Shown here: piece after piece, positions 12,342-25,173 of the stretch
Layout of the letters: every line of letters starts with the position of its first letter
How positions within the stretch are numbered: position 1 is the stretch's first letter
Assembly: GCF_009914755.1 (NCBI RefSeq)
Contig: NC_060935.1
DNA: 64,000 bases
From: the human T2T-CHM13v2.0 reference genome, Homo sapiens
Direction: 5' to 3' (one strand)
Program-made: the position numbers and the translations under genes
The notes under the pieces: generated by a model
Databases searched by the model: none
Told to the model about the DNA's origin: nothing
Seen by the model: the letters and a program-made list of their open reading frames with translations, nothing else

Positions 12342-15178
12342 CAATGGTACACAATGGGTTGCTATTCAGACTTATAAAAGAAGGAAATTCTGTCATTGTG
12401 ACAACATGCATAAACCTAGAGAACATGATGCTTATTGAGATAAGCCAGGCAAGAAATACAAATACTGCATTTACTTATATATGAAATCTACAAATGTTGA
12501 ATTTACAGAAACAGAGAGTAGAGTGATAGTTGCCAAAGGCCGGGGGTTGGGGAAGTGGTTGGAGAGATGCCAGTTAAAGGGTACAAAGTTTCAGGAAAAC
12601 AGGATGAATAATCTTTGGAGATCTAGTGTACAGCAGGGTGACTATAGTTGAGCTTGTGTTTTATATTACTAAGTATAAACTTGCTAAAATATTAAAATTT
12701 AAATGTCCTCACCACACAAAAAAGATAAGTATGCGTATTAGTCCATTCTCATGCTGCTATAAAGAACTGCCTGAGATTGTGTAATTTATAAAGGAAAGAG
12801 GTGTAATTGACTCACAGTTCTGCATGGATGTGGAGACCTCAGGAAACTTACAATCATGTCCTTTTTCACATGGCAGCAATAAAGAGAAGTGCTGAGAAAA
12901 AAGGAGAAGATACCCTTATAAAACCATCAGATCTCATGAGAACTCACTCACTATTATGAAAACAGCATGAGGGTAACTGCATCTATGAATAAATTACTTC
13001 CCATCAGGTCCCTCCCATGACACATGGGGATTATGGGAATGACAATTCAAGGTGAGATTTGGGGGGGGGACATGGAGCCAACTATATCATTCTGCCCCTG
13101 GCCCCTCCCAAATCTCATGTCCTTCTCACATTTCATAACACAATCATGCCCTTCCAACAGTCCCCTAAAGTCTTAACTCAGTCTACCATTAACCCAAAAG
13201 TCCAAAGTCCAAAGTCTCATCTGAGACAAGGTAAGTCCCTTCTGCCTATGAGCCTGTAAAATCAAAAGCAAGCTAGTTACCTTCTAGATACAAGGGGTAC
13301 AGGCATTGGGTAAATACACCCATTCCAAATGGGAGAAATTGGCCAAAATAAAGGGGCTACAGGCCCCAGGCAAGTCTGAAATACAATAGGATAGTCATTA
13401 AACCTTAAAGTTCCAAAATGATCTCTTTTGACTCCATGTCTCACATCTGGGGCATGCTGATGCAAGAAGTGGGCTCCAGTGGCCTTGAGCAGCTCTGCCC
13501 CTGTGGATTTTCAGGTATAGCCCCCCTCCCAGTTGCTTTTATGGGCTAGTGTTGAGTATCTGCAGCTTTTCCAGAAACATGGTGCAAGCTGTCAGTGGAT
13601 CTACCATTCTGGGGTCTGGAGGACAGTGGCCCTCTTCTCACAGCTCCACTAGGCAGTGCCCCAATGAGGACTCTGTGTGGGAGCTCCAACCCCACATTTC
13701 CCTTCTGCATTGCCCTGGCAGACATTCTCCATGAGGGCTTCACTACAGCAGCACACCTCTGCCTGGGAATCTAGGTATTTCCGTAACATCCTACGAAATC
13801 TAGGCAGAGGTTCCCAAACCTTAATTCTTGACTTCTGTGCACCCACAGGCCCAACACCATGTGTAAGCTGCCAAAGCTTGGAGCTTGCAACCTCTAAAGC
13901 AATGGCCTGAGCTGTACGTTGGCCTCTTAGCCACAACTGGGACACAGGGTACCAAGTCCCAAGACTGTGCAAAGCAGCAAGGCCCTGGGCATGGCCTGCA
14001 AAACTATTTTATCTTCTTAGGCCTCTGGGCCTGTGATAGGAGGGGCTGCCGTAAAGACCTCTGACATGCCCTGGAGATATTTTTCCCATTGTCTTGGCAA
14101 TTAACATTTGGCTCCTCATTACTTATGCAAATTTCTGCAGCTGGCTTTAACTTCTACTGGCTGCAAACTTTGTGAATTTTTATGCTGATTCTCTTTTAAA
14201 CATAAGTTCCAATTCCAAATCATATCTTTGTGAATACATAAAACTGAATGTTTTTAACAGCACCTGAGTCATCTCTTGAATGCTTTACTGCTTAGAATTT
14301 TTTTCCACTAGATACTCTAAATCATCTCTCAATTTCAAAGTTCCACAAATCTCCAGGCCAGAGGCAAAATGCTGCCAGTCACTTTGATGTAACATAGCAA
14401 GAGTCACCTTTATTACAGTTCCCAACAAGTTCCTCATCTCTATTGGAGACCACCTCAGCCTGGACTTCATTGTCCATATCACTATTAGCTTTTTGGTCAA
14501 AGCCATTCAAGTCTCTAGAAAGTTCCAAACTTTCCCACATTTTTTTGTCTTCTTCTAAGCCCTCCAAACTGTTTCAACCTCTGCCCGTTACCCAGTCCCA
14601 AAGTCACTTCCACGTTTTCAAGTATCTTTACAGCAGCACCACACTACCTGGTACCAATTTATTGTGTTAGTCTGTTCTCACACTACTATAAATAACTGTC
14701 CAAGACTGGGTAATTTATAAAGGAAAGAGGTTTAATTGACTTACAGTTCGACATAGCTGAGGAGGCCTTAGAAAACTTACAATCATGGCAGAAGGGGAAG
14801 AAAATACACTCTTCTTCACATAGCAGCAGGAAGGAGAAGTGCTGAGCAAAAGGGGGGAAAGTCCCTTATAAAACCATCAGATCTTGTGAGAACTCATCCA
14901 CTATCACAGGAACAACATGAGGATAACCAGCCCCATTATTAAATTACCTCCCACTGCGTCCCTCCCATGACACTTGGGGATTATAGGAACCCAGTTCAAG
15001 GTGAGATCTGCATGGGGACACAGAGCGAAACCATATCAGTAAGTGATGTTATGGATATGTTAACTAGATCGATTTAACAATTTCATCATGTATTCATGTA
15101 TCAAAACATCATGTTGTACATTATACATACATACACTATTTATTATATGTTAATAAAGCTGAGGTGATTGAGAAAAAG
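11800..15178 (+). mobile_element. L1MA-type 3' fragment (ORF2 C-terminus and 3' UTR), split by THE1
   Basis: ORF 11840-12049 is the L1 ORF2 C-terminus (MNRQFSK...TTMRYYH...[10 protein letters not shown]); 3' UTR runs to 12733 and resumes at 15039. Confidence 0.88.
12734..15038 (-). mobile_element. Full-length THE1 (THE1C/D-like) MaLR provirus: LTR 12734-13089, internal 13090-14662, LTR 14663-15038
   Basis: Two direct-repeat ~360-375 bp LTRs ((t/c)gt(a/g)ttagtc...atatca), ~1.57 kb THE1 internal region, 5-bp TSD gtatg/gtaag. Confidence 0.96.
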
Positions 15179-17438
15179 AGAGATAAAAGAAGGTTTAAAA
15201 ATAGAAAATAATATTTAAAAAAAAAATTCTGAAAGAAGGTAGAGGAAAACATATCCATAGAGGACAAAGATAAAAATTACATTTGATGTCACCTGAGAAA
15301 CCATGCAAACACAGAGTGGAGTGAAATATTTAAAATCTTGTGAGGAAAAAATAACACCAAGTAGAATTCTGTACCCTGAGAAATTATCCTTCAACATGAA
15401 GAAGAAATACTTTCTAGAACAAATAACAATTGAGAGAATTTGTTGTCAGTTTGTTTATAAAGAAGGAAAATAATATAGGTCAGAAACATGAGTCTTCCTA
15501 GAGAAAGGAAGAGCATCAAAGATAGAAAAAGTGAAAGTAAAATAAACATTTTTATTTTCTTGTTCTAATAATATGTATGCACTGAAAATAAAATTTTCAA
15601 ATTATATGAGGCAAAAACTGGTAGAACTGCAAGAAGAAATAGATGAATTTGTTATTATTGTTTGAGACTTTAATAGCTCTCTAAAAGAAGTGGATGTATC
15701 CAGCAGACAGAGAATCAGTAAGAACATATTAGAGCTCAACAGCACCATACTGAATATAATTAATATCTACAGAGTATTTTGTCAGATGAAATACATAGAA
15801 CATACATTCTTCTTAAGCTTACATGGAACATTCATCAAGATACACCATATTCTGTGATATAAAACACAACTTAACAAATCTAAAGAAATAAAAATCATAC
15901 CAGGTCTGCTTTCACATCACAGTGGAATTAAGTTAGAAATCATTAAATGAAAAATAGCTGGAAAATTTCAAAATATTTGAATATTAAACAATTACCTCTA
16001 AATAAAATATAGGTCAAAGAACAAATATTAAGAACAATGAAAATATTTGGAACTAAATGGGAATGAAAATACAACTTACCAAAATATGTGGAATGCAGTA
16101 AATGGAGCACTTAAAGGAAAATATATGGCATTAAACATGTATATTAGAAAAGAAGGGTGTTCTAAAGTCAGTAATGTAAGTTTTAATCTTAAGGAAGTAG
16201 AAAAAGACAAATTAAATTTAAAGTAAGCACAAGAAAAGATAAAAATTTAAGCATACATCAATGAAATTGAAAACAGGGAAGCAATAGAGAAAATTAATAA
16301 AACCAACAGCTGGTTCTTAAAAAGATCAATAAAATCTATAAGGCTCTAGTCAGGCTAAGAAAAATAAAATATAGAGGACATAATTACTAATATCAGAAAT
16401 GAAAGAGAGGATATGACATCACTACAGATCCAAGGGACATTGAGAGTGTAAATTAAGGATTATTAAGAACAACTCTTATGCCCACATATTTGATCATCTA
16501 AATGAAATGGACTGTTTTCTTGAAAGACACAATCTGGTAAAACTCACACAAGAAGAATTAGACAATTTGAATGGGCCTATATCTCTGAAATAAGCTGAAT
16601 CAATAATTAATAACTTCCCCAAATATAAATCATCAGGCTTAAATCAGTTCACTGTTGAGTTTTACCAAGCATTTAAAGAATAAATGGTATGAGTTCTTTA
16701 CAATCTACAATCTCTTTCATAAGACAGAAGAAGCAGGCATACTGTCTAACTTCTTCCATGGACCAGAATTATTCTAATACCAAACTAAACAAGTATATTA
16801 CAAGAAAAGAAATCTATAGACCAATCTCTTATGAACATACATATAAAAATCCAAAAACAACAACAAAAATACTTTATCAAATCAAACCCAATTACGTATA
16901 AAAATAATTATACACCATGTACAAGTGAGATTTATCCTAGGTATGAAAGGCTGTTTCAACATACAAATAATTTTTTAATAATAATTTTATTATTTAATAA
17001 TAATGTTAAAAAATCCTAGGTAAACTAGAAATAGAAGAGAATTTTCTTAACTTGATAAATATTTATCTACCAAAAATCTACAGCTAATATAATACTTAAT
17101 GGTGAGAAACTAGAAGCTTTCCCACTAAGATCAGGAATAAGATAAGTATATTCTCTCTCACTGATCCTTTAGAACATATCACTAGAGGTTCTGGGTAATG
17201 CAATAAGACAAGACAAGAAAAGAACATGTATACATATATGGAAGGAGAAAGCAAAATGAGTTTTGCTTGCAGATGACATGATTGTTTATTTACAAAATCC
17301 TAAAAAATTAATGGAAACGTTCCCAGAAATAAGTGACTATAGGAAGGTTGCAGGAAACAAGGTTAATATATATTAAAAAAAAACTCTTTCCTATATACCA
17401 GCAATAAACAAGAGGAACTTGAAATTAAAAACACAATA

Positions 17439-17655
17439 GGCCGAGCGTGGTGGCTCATGCCTGTAATCCCAGCACTTTGGGAGGTCAAGGCGGGTGGATC
17501 ACAAGGTCAGAAGATCGAGACCATCCTGGCTAACACAGTGAAACCCTGTCTCTAGTAAAAATACAAAAAAAAAATTTAGCTGGGCCTGGCGATGTGCGCC
17601 TGTAGTCCCAGCTGCTGAGGAGGCTGAGGCAGGAGAATGGCGTGAACCCGGGGGG
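17439..17655 (+). mobile_element. AluY lacking its 3' ~70 nt and poly(A) tail
   Basis: AluY diagnostics (gagaccatcctggctaac, gagaatggcgtgaacccggg); stops abruptly. Confidence 0.93.
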
Positions 17656-19587
17656 TTACGCCTTCACAAATTAATTAGTCCTTCACAAATTAATCTATAG
17701 ATTTGGCCTGATCTTAAAGCTCAGCAAGTTATTTTGTGGACATTGACAATCTAATTCTAAAGTTTGTATGAACAGGCAAAAGACCTATAAGATAATGCAA
17801 TAGTAAAGGAGAAGAACAAAGTTTGAGGACTCACACTATCCAACTTCCAGATTAGTTACAAAACTACAGAAATCATGACAGTGTGATGTTGACTTAAGAA
17901 CTAACAAATAGAGCAATGGAACAGAATAGAGAGCCCAAAGATAGACCCACATAAATGTAGCCAAGTAATCTTTCACGAAGAAACAATAGCAGTACAATGG
18001 AGCAAAGACAGGCTTTTCAACAAATAGGCTGTCAAAACTGAACCTACATTTCCAAAAAGTGAATCTAGACACAGACTTTACATGTTTCATAAAAATTAAC
18101 TCAAAATGAATCATAGTCCTAGATATTAAAACACAAAATCATAAATTTCTAGAACATAACACAGAAGAAAACCTAGATAACCTTGAGTGTGGCAACAACT
18201 TTTTAGCTATAGTAACAAAGCCAAAATTCATAAAGGAAAAAATGACTTTATTAAAATTAAATACAAACAAACTTCTGATTTGCAAAAGACACTGTCAAGA
18301 GAATGAAAGGACAAGCCAGACTGGAAGAAAATATTTGCAAAAGACGTATCTGATAAAGGAGTCTCATCCAAAATATATGAAAATCTCTTAAAATTCAACA
18401 GTAAGAAAATGAACAACCTGATTAAAAAATGGGCAAAAGTCTTGATCAGACATTTCATCAAAGAAGATATACAGATGGCAAATGAACATATGAAAAGATG
18501 TCCAACATCACATGTCATTAATAAATTGCAAATGAAGACAATAAATTTCTTCTACATACTTATTAAAATGGCCAAAATATACAACACTGACAACAGCAAG
18601 TGCTGGTGAGGATGTGGAGGAACAGGAAAACTCATTCATTGCCAGTGGCAATGCAAAAATGTGCAGCCACTTTGGAAGTTTCTTACAAAACTGAACATAC
18701 TCTTAGCATAATATCTAGCAATCATGCTTTTTAATGTGTATCCAAAAAAGTAGAAAACCTATGACCACACAAAAACTTGCATGGGATTCTTTACAGAAGC
18801 TTTGTTCATAACTGTCACAACTTGGAAACAAACAAGATGCTTTGAAGCATTATGTGAATGGATAAACTGTTGTATATATAGACAATGAAATAGTCATTGC
18901 TAAAAATAAATAAGCTACAAAGCCATTAAAAACATAAAGGAATGTTAAATGCATATTACAAAAGGAAAGAAGCAAATCCAAAAAGAATACATATAATAAT
19001 GTATAATTCCATTTATATGCGTTTTTAGAAAAGGCAAAACTATAAAGGAAATAAAAAGATCAGTGGTTTCCAGGGATTGGGGACAGAGGATGGACAAAGC
19101 ATAGCCCAGAGGATTTTCACAGCATTTGAAACACTCTGTAGGATGCTATAGTGGTGTATACATGGCATTACACGTTTGTCCAAACCTGTAGAATGACTAC
19201 ACTGAGTGAACCCTAATATAAACTATAGACCTTGGGTGATGATGATATGTTAATGTAGGTTCATTCATTGTAAGAAATGAACTACTCTTAGGAGGATGTT
19301 GCTAATGAAGAAGGCTATGCATATGTGGGGGAAGGACGTATATGATAAATCTTTGCACATTTCTCTTAATTTTGCCATGGACCTAAAGCAGCTCCAGAAA
19401 ATGAAGTCTTCAAAAAGAATGGCTTTATAAAAACGTGGAGATAATGAACAGTCAAACATACTGTATCTGAATAACATTTCTCCAATTATACTGATACTTC
19501 AGTCTTACATCTGATGCCATGAAGTGTTTAGTTCAACACATTCCATAATGATCTTTCTTAATTTTATTGAAAATATTCATTCAAAAT

Positions 19588-20050
19588 TATTCATAAATTT
19601 AATAAATATTTATTGAACATCTATTACATACGAGTTATTGTCCAAGATACAGGGAATAAACCAGCGAACAAAACAAACATTTCTATTCTCATAGAGTTTA
19701 TATTCCAGTGGATGAGGAAGACATACAATAAATAAAACAATTAAATCACATAATTCATTAAGAAGAATCAAGCCCAGGAGGCATTCAGAGAGAGTGAGGG
19801 GTGCATACGTACAATTCTTAATTAGATGGTCAGAAATGCCCTCATTGCCCTCATTGAGAGGTGACATTGAACAAAGACTTTAAGATGATGCGGGAGAAAG
19901 TCAAGCAGATGTCTAAGGAATATAACACCAGGCAAAAGGAATCGCCAGTGCAAAGGCCCCTAAAACTTGAATGTTTCTAGTGCAGTAAAAGAACAAGCAG
20001 GTGGTCAGTGAAGCTGAAAGTTGACTGAGTAGGAAATGGAGTCAGTAAAG
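19588..20050 (-). mobile_element. L2 3' end
   Basis: ttcat...aaatatttattgaacatcta...tgcaaaggccc motifs. Confidence 0.75.
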
Positions 20051-20531
20051 TAATTGGCAGCTATCTCTAAGGGCATCTAGTGGTCCTTGGTGATGGTTAC
20101 AAGAGAAAAAAATAAAAAGAATCATTTGTTTATTATTCTGTAGATAATAATAGAACTAGAAACTAGAGGAGACTAATATTGATTTGAAAAATGTATGACA
20201 GAGATTGTGTCCAGGCATCCTCTATGCATTTCTTAATTTAGCACTTAAAATTTCTTATGCATGTATTATTATTTCCATTTATAGATGTAGGAACTGAGAT
20301 TCAGAGCGTTTAATAAATTGCCTAATTTCATTGAGAATACACAGTTATCTCAGCATTTAAAATCAGTACTCTTGATTCCAAAGTTACATTCTTTTGACAA
20401 TATGTTATGTCAGCCAAGTTTTAGCAACAAGTGATATGACTTATCTTCAACCTTGAGCATTGCAACCATCTCTTCTTTAATAAACAGCTAACTACTTAAA
20501 AAAAAACTTGATGCTTATAAGCACGTAAAAG

Positions 20532-20554
20532 GTGTGTGTGTGTGTGTGTGTGTG
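20532..20554. repeat. (TG)n microsatellite
   Basis: Direct reading. Confidence 0.95.
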
Positions 20555-20599
20555 TTCTTTCTACTTTTACAATGGGATTAAAAGTTGCTTTTGGTTGAA

Positions 20600-20860
20600 A
20601 GCAAGCATAGCAGAGTGGTTAAAAGCATGGTCTGTAGCATCAGATGAGGCCTTGTTTCTTGCCATTGCTTGCTTATGGATGTCTTTGGACATGGTACTGA
20701 AATTCTCTAGGCTTCTGTTTTCATGTGTGTCAAGTGGGCATGCAAATAACATATGCATATGCACATAATATAGGCAAATAACTTATTACAGTGATAATTA
20801 AGTGACAGAATGAATGTATATTACTTAATCTGGTCTGTATGTAATACGGGTTCAATAGGT
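20600..20860 (+). mobile_element. MIR SINE (diverged)
   Basis: gcatagcagagtggttaaaagcatgg...ggcttctgttttcatgtgtg. Confidence 0.55.
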
Positions 20861-21879
20861 TTTAGCCACCATAATTTATATTTCCTAACTCACTACAAGT
20901 GGCTGTCAGCTCCTACAGTCAAGGAATGTGATTTTTCTAGTATTGATAGGGCCCTACGCACCCACCCACCCCTGCCAAAGTGCAAAGCAAAAACTATTGC
21001 TCTAGTGGGATTTTAAAAATTATTTTCACCTATAATGTACTGCAGTGAAAACTTCAACCCACTCCCAGAAGCACTGCTTAGAGTGTGGCATAATTAAAAT
21101 AAGGGAACAATCAACAGCAGGAATGTTAGCATAGAACCAAGGAAATTATTAAGAAACCAAACTGAACATCATCATTAAGAATCACCAGAGGCTTCTATAA
21201 ATATGTAAGTAGTGTAGGAGTTGAAATAATACAGAAGGGAAACACACTATAAAAATATGTTTGTGTCTATAGGCACTGCCTGCCTAAGCCTTCAGGGTGT
21301 GTAACTCTAACTTCTTCAGTGAGGGTGACTTATGATGCAGATACTTGGATTTTAACAGGTGTTAAAGCACAATTTATATTTGTTTCTATGCTTAAAAGTA
21401 GTAGCTAAGCCATAAAAACCACACTCTGCCCTACTTTTGAAAAAATAAGAACCCTATAAAAGTAACCCATACTTTGTATCCAAAGTCTATACTTTTATTG
21501 AGCTACCAGATTTGATACAAGGTATAATACAAGTCTTAAATTATTACTAACATGTAAGGAGTCATATTTAAACTACTCTGTTAGGGTAGTGAATCCAAGA
21601 ACTTAGCAGAGCCATATCTCTGGTATCGAAGTGGTAGAAACTAGGTTAGTTAATGCAGGAATGCAAGAGAGATTTCAAGTCTAAATTTTAGTGCCTGATT
21701 TTGGTATGCAGGACTTCCTCTCCAGTTACACACCAAGTTAGACCTCCAATCTCAACTTGGAGAAATATTCACTATTTCACTCAGGGCTATGGGAAAAAAA
21801 AATTTGATCTTGATTTAAAGAATAAGCAAATGTTTAACCAGGAAAAACTAATGGCATAAACTTGCCTAAAAAAACAGCT

Positions 21880-22490
21880 TTAATGCCAGAGAAAACATTG
21901 CTGTGTTTGAGGAAATGAAAGCACAGGGTGACTGGAGTGTGGCATATAGAGGGGAAACTGGCCAGAAGGTAATTTAAAGAAGCAGCAAAAGTCAAATCAC
22001 CATCAGTTATATGTTAAAGAATCTGGGTGTTAGTCTACATGAAATGAAAAGACATTGATAGTCTGTTGCGAAGAAAGAGGGTGAATCTGTGCTATGATTT
22101 ATAAGAAGCAGTCTGGCTGCTGTAAGGGGATGATGGGAGTGGGAGAAAAAGTGTGACAGCTAGAGAGGCTGCAATGGTGACATGAACTGAGGCTGAAAGT
22201 GAAAATGGAGAGAATGGATAGCTCCTAGATCTATCCTTGAGGTAGAATCAAAAAGACTTGCAGATAACTGGGATGTTAGGTGCTTACAAAAGACTTGTCA
22301 AAAACTTCACAGTTTCCTGCTTAAGTGATAATGAGAATACCTGCTTTTATAGAGTGACTACAATGCTAGAAGTGTAGATCAAGAATTCAATGTTTAGCCT
22401 CCTGCTAATCTGAATTGTATGAGACATTCAGGTGGAGATTCCTAGTAGACCATTAGATATAAGAGTTTGCAGGTTAGAAGAGACCTCGGG
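21880..22490 (-). mobile_element. L2 fragments
   Basis: gtgactggagtg...gaaaatggagagaatggatag...gaggtagaatcaaaaagacttgcagat...gagacattcaggtggag. Confidence 0.6.
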
Positions 22491-24579
22491 ATTGTCCTAG
22501 TACATATACAGGTTTGTACCTTATAAGCATTTCTTTGTAAAGCTTTACATACCTAATTATTTCCCTAGGTCCAAGGAATGATGAGAAAATTACTACTAAA
22601 AGCAACATTTCTCAAAATTCAAATGCCCAGGAGACTGTTGCAATGAAAAAAATTTGATAAACTGTGTAGGCTGCTCTAAAAATCCAACCAACAAACCAAA
22701 GAAACAAAAAACAATGCAAATAAAGTTTTGCAAAAGTAAAACATGGGGTATGAGTTGCCTGAGGATCTTGAACATTAGAAGTGTGCTATTCTCAACTCTT
22801 ACAGGGATTTTGTTACCTTGGTCCAATCCCTGCCCATTGAGTTTTCTTAGTCAAAAATGAACTCTCTTTTGTACTATGTGTACCACAAGGCTAACAAAGC
22901 TAGAAAAATGCCTATAGTAAAGAAAAACACGCCTTCTTTTCCTATAGACCCAATGAGAAATGAGCTGAGCTCAGTTTTTTTAAGAGCCATGCTAATTAAA
23001 CAGTATGGTCTTAAGAGACTGCTAAATCATGACCCCGCCTAAACTGTTTATCTTCAAGCACAGGATAATAGCATAATAATTGGTGAAATGAAGCCATTTC
23101 TGATCAAATTGCTCTTTTCTTTAGCCTCTGTGCCCAATATAAGTGACTTTTCCCCAGCTCCAACCCCAGCAGTTGAGACTCTGCTGACATTACAACATGA
23201 AAATCTTCAGTAATTGATTCCAACTGTTGCAGCTGCAAAGAATTGCTTTGCTAAGTAAAGGGATTTATGGATTTGGCCACATTTTGTTGTTTGCTGCCTT
23301 CGATTACTACAAATTCATTCTTCTCTCAGTTTTCCAAAATAAGAGTGGATAGAACTGATATGGAAATGGTTTTAGCAATGTGTTAGATTAAAAAAAGTTC
23401 TCTGTAGGTTCTTTTAAAAATAAAACATTTCTTTTTCTCTCAGCAGTAAAATATTTTCATTGATGAAAATTTTGGAAACATACAAATTTTTAAAAAGTAA
23501 GAACTATTTATAATCATTCAACCATGATAACCACTACTGTTTTTAGTTTTTATAAAAGTTATCTTTCAACATATATATGGTTATGTTTATTTTTAATCAA
23601 ATTATAATGAAATAATTTTTTCATCTTTCTTTTTTCCCATGTTTTAAAAATTTTTTCAAAAACATGATTTTTAATCTCTGAAAAATACTTTAATATATGT
23701 TTAATAGCTTATGAGATACATTCTGTTATCTAACTAATATTAAATTTGTTCCTGAAGAGCTTTCAAAAGTAAGTTTCTGTACCTGGCTTAGAATAGTGCT
23801 TATACACTCACATTTCAATAATTCATAATTTATTGTAGAGTCTTCCAATGATACATTTTCTACTAAGAATAATAAGAAAAGAAACAGAAGTCCTGACTGC
23901 TAGAATTATTTCAGTATAATATACATGTGCAAACCAGAATCTTATATGTCAAAAAGATGAGCAGATTTAAAGACAGTGGGCTCATTTATATTCTTCTCCC
24001 TGTACTATCATTTTGCTGGATAAGCCAAACACACCATAGCACATTTGCTATATTAAAATGGCCATGTGAAATGCTTACTTGCTGGGAGGACCATAGGCTT
24101 CATAAACATTTGAAGATACTTGCTTTGTAGGTTTTTGTATTGCAATGCAACTGATGACAGCGAAGAACACATATCTATTTTCTAAAACTAAAGTTTTCTT
24201 TCTTCCCTCAACTGTCCATTGGCATCAACTCATAAAGTTCCCTTATTTATCTATCTTCATATGACTTGAGAATACAGGACCAAGGAGTTTCTTACTTCTA
24301 AAGATGATAATTTTTGATGCTAACCTCAGTGAGGCTGGTTGTGGAGTTGAATCAGTTAGGGGTTGCTTTAGGAGTTGTTCTTATAGGTCACAGCTGTCAG
24401 CATCTCATCTTTATATTTAGTGTAAAATCCTGCCTCCTCTCACTTGCTTTCTTTTTACATTTTAGTTTCTGCAAAATACACAAGAAAAACTCCTTTCTCC
24501 TATATACTGAAAAATTCTGGAATTAGTTTGTAATTTTAATGCTATGCTCAGGAGTTGGAATATGAAACTGGGGAGATTC

Positions 24580-24887
24580 CTTTTCTTCTTCTTTTTATTT
24601 ATTTATTTATTTTTAGACAGGGTTTCTGTCAGCCAGGCTAGAGCCCAGTGGTGAAGCCATGGCTCACTGCAGCCTCAAACTCCCTTGTCTCAAGCAGTCC
24701 CCCTACCTCAGCCTCCCAAGTAGCTGAAATACAGGTATGTGCCACCACAACCAGCTAATTTGCAAATCTTTTGCAGAGATGAGGTCTCACCATGTTGCCC
24801 AGTGGTCTCGAACTCCTGGCCTCAAGCAGTCTTCCTATCTTGGCCTCTCAAAGCACTGAGATTACAGGTGTGAGCCACCACACCAGG
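24580..24887 (-). mobile_element. AluJ
   Basis: Diverged dimeric Alu with J features (ctcactgcagcctcaaactcc, gaggtctcaccatgttgccc). Confidence 0.93.
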
Positions 24888-24912
24888 AAGATTTTTGAAA
24901 AACACTTAAGAA

Positions 24913-25082
24913 TAGGATTTCTCAAATTTAGCGCTTCTGAAATTTCGGACTGGAAAATTCTTTGTTGTAGTTCTGCCCTGTACACTCTATGTGTTTAGCA
25001 GCATCCCTGTCCCTGGTCTCTTCCCACTTCTGGAGTAGCCCTCCAGTAGTAATAACCGAAACCAAAACAAAAACAGAAACAG

Positions 25083-25113
<31 letters not shown>

Positions 25114-25173
25114 CCTACGGTCATTGCCACGTGTTCCCACAGGATTCAAAACTTTTCTGGTTGAGAACCACTG
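24913..25173 (-). mobile_element. MER20 hAT-Charlie MITE containing an (AAAAC)n-type expansion
   Basis: Termini ggatttctcaa / ggttgagaaccactg; core tgtttagcagcatccctg; A-rich repeat 25059-25114. Confidence 0.88.

Larger units (their letters stand above)
9740..19415 (+). mobile_element. Near full-length decayed L1MC-type LINE (5' region, ORF1, ORF2, 3' UTR), interrupted several times
   Basis: ORF1-like peptide at 10523-10644 (KNVFDELVSKLDMAEKIIFELE); ORF1 resumes ~11550 and ~15200; ORF2 remnants 15570-18610 (e.g. NNLIKKWAK...HMKRCPTS); 3' UTR ends ~19415. Confidence 0.88.

Noticed and set aside
13059-14670. Cluster of overlapping ORFs
   Set aside because: THE1 internal region; GC-richer sequence yields chance ORFs.
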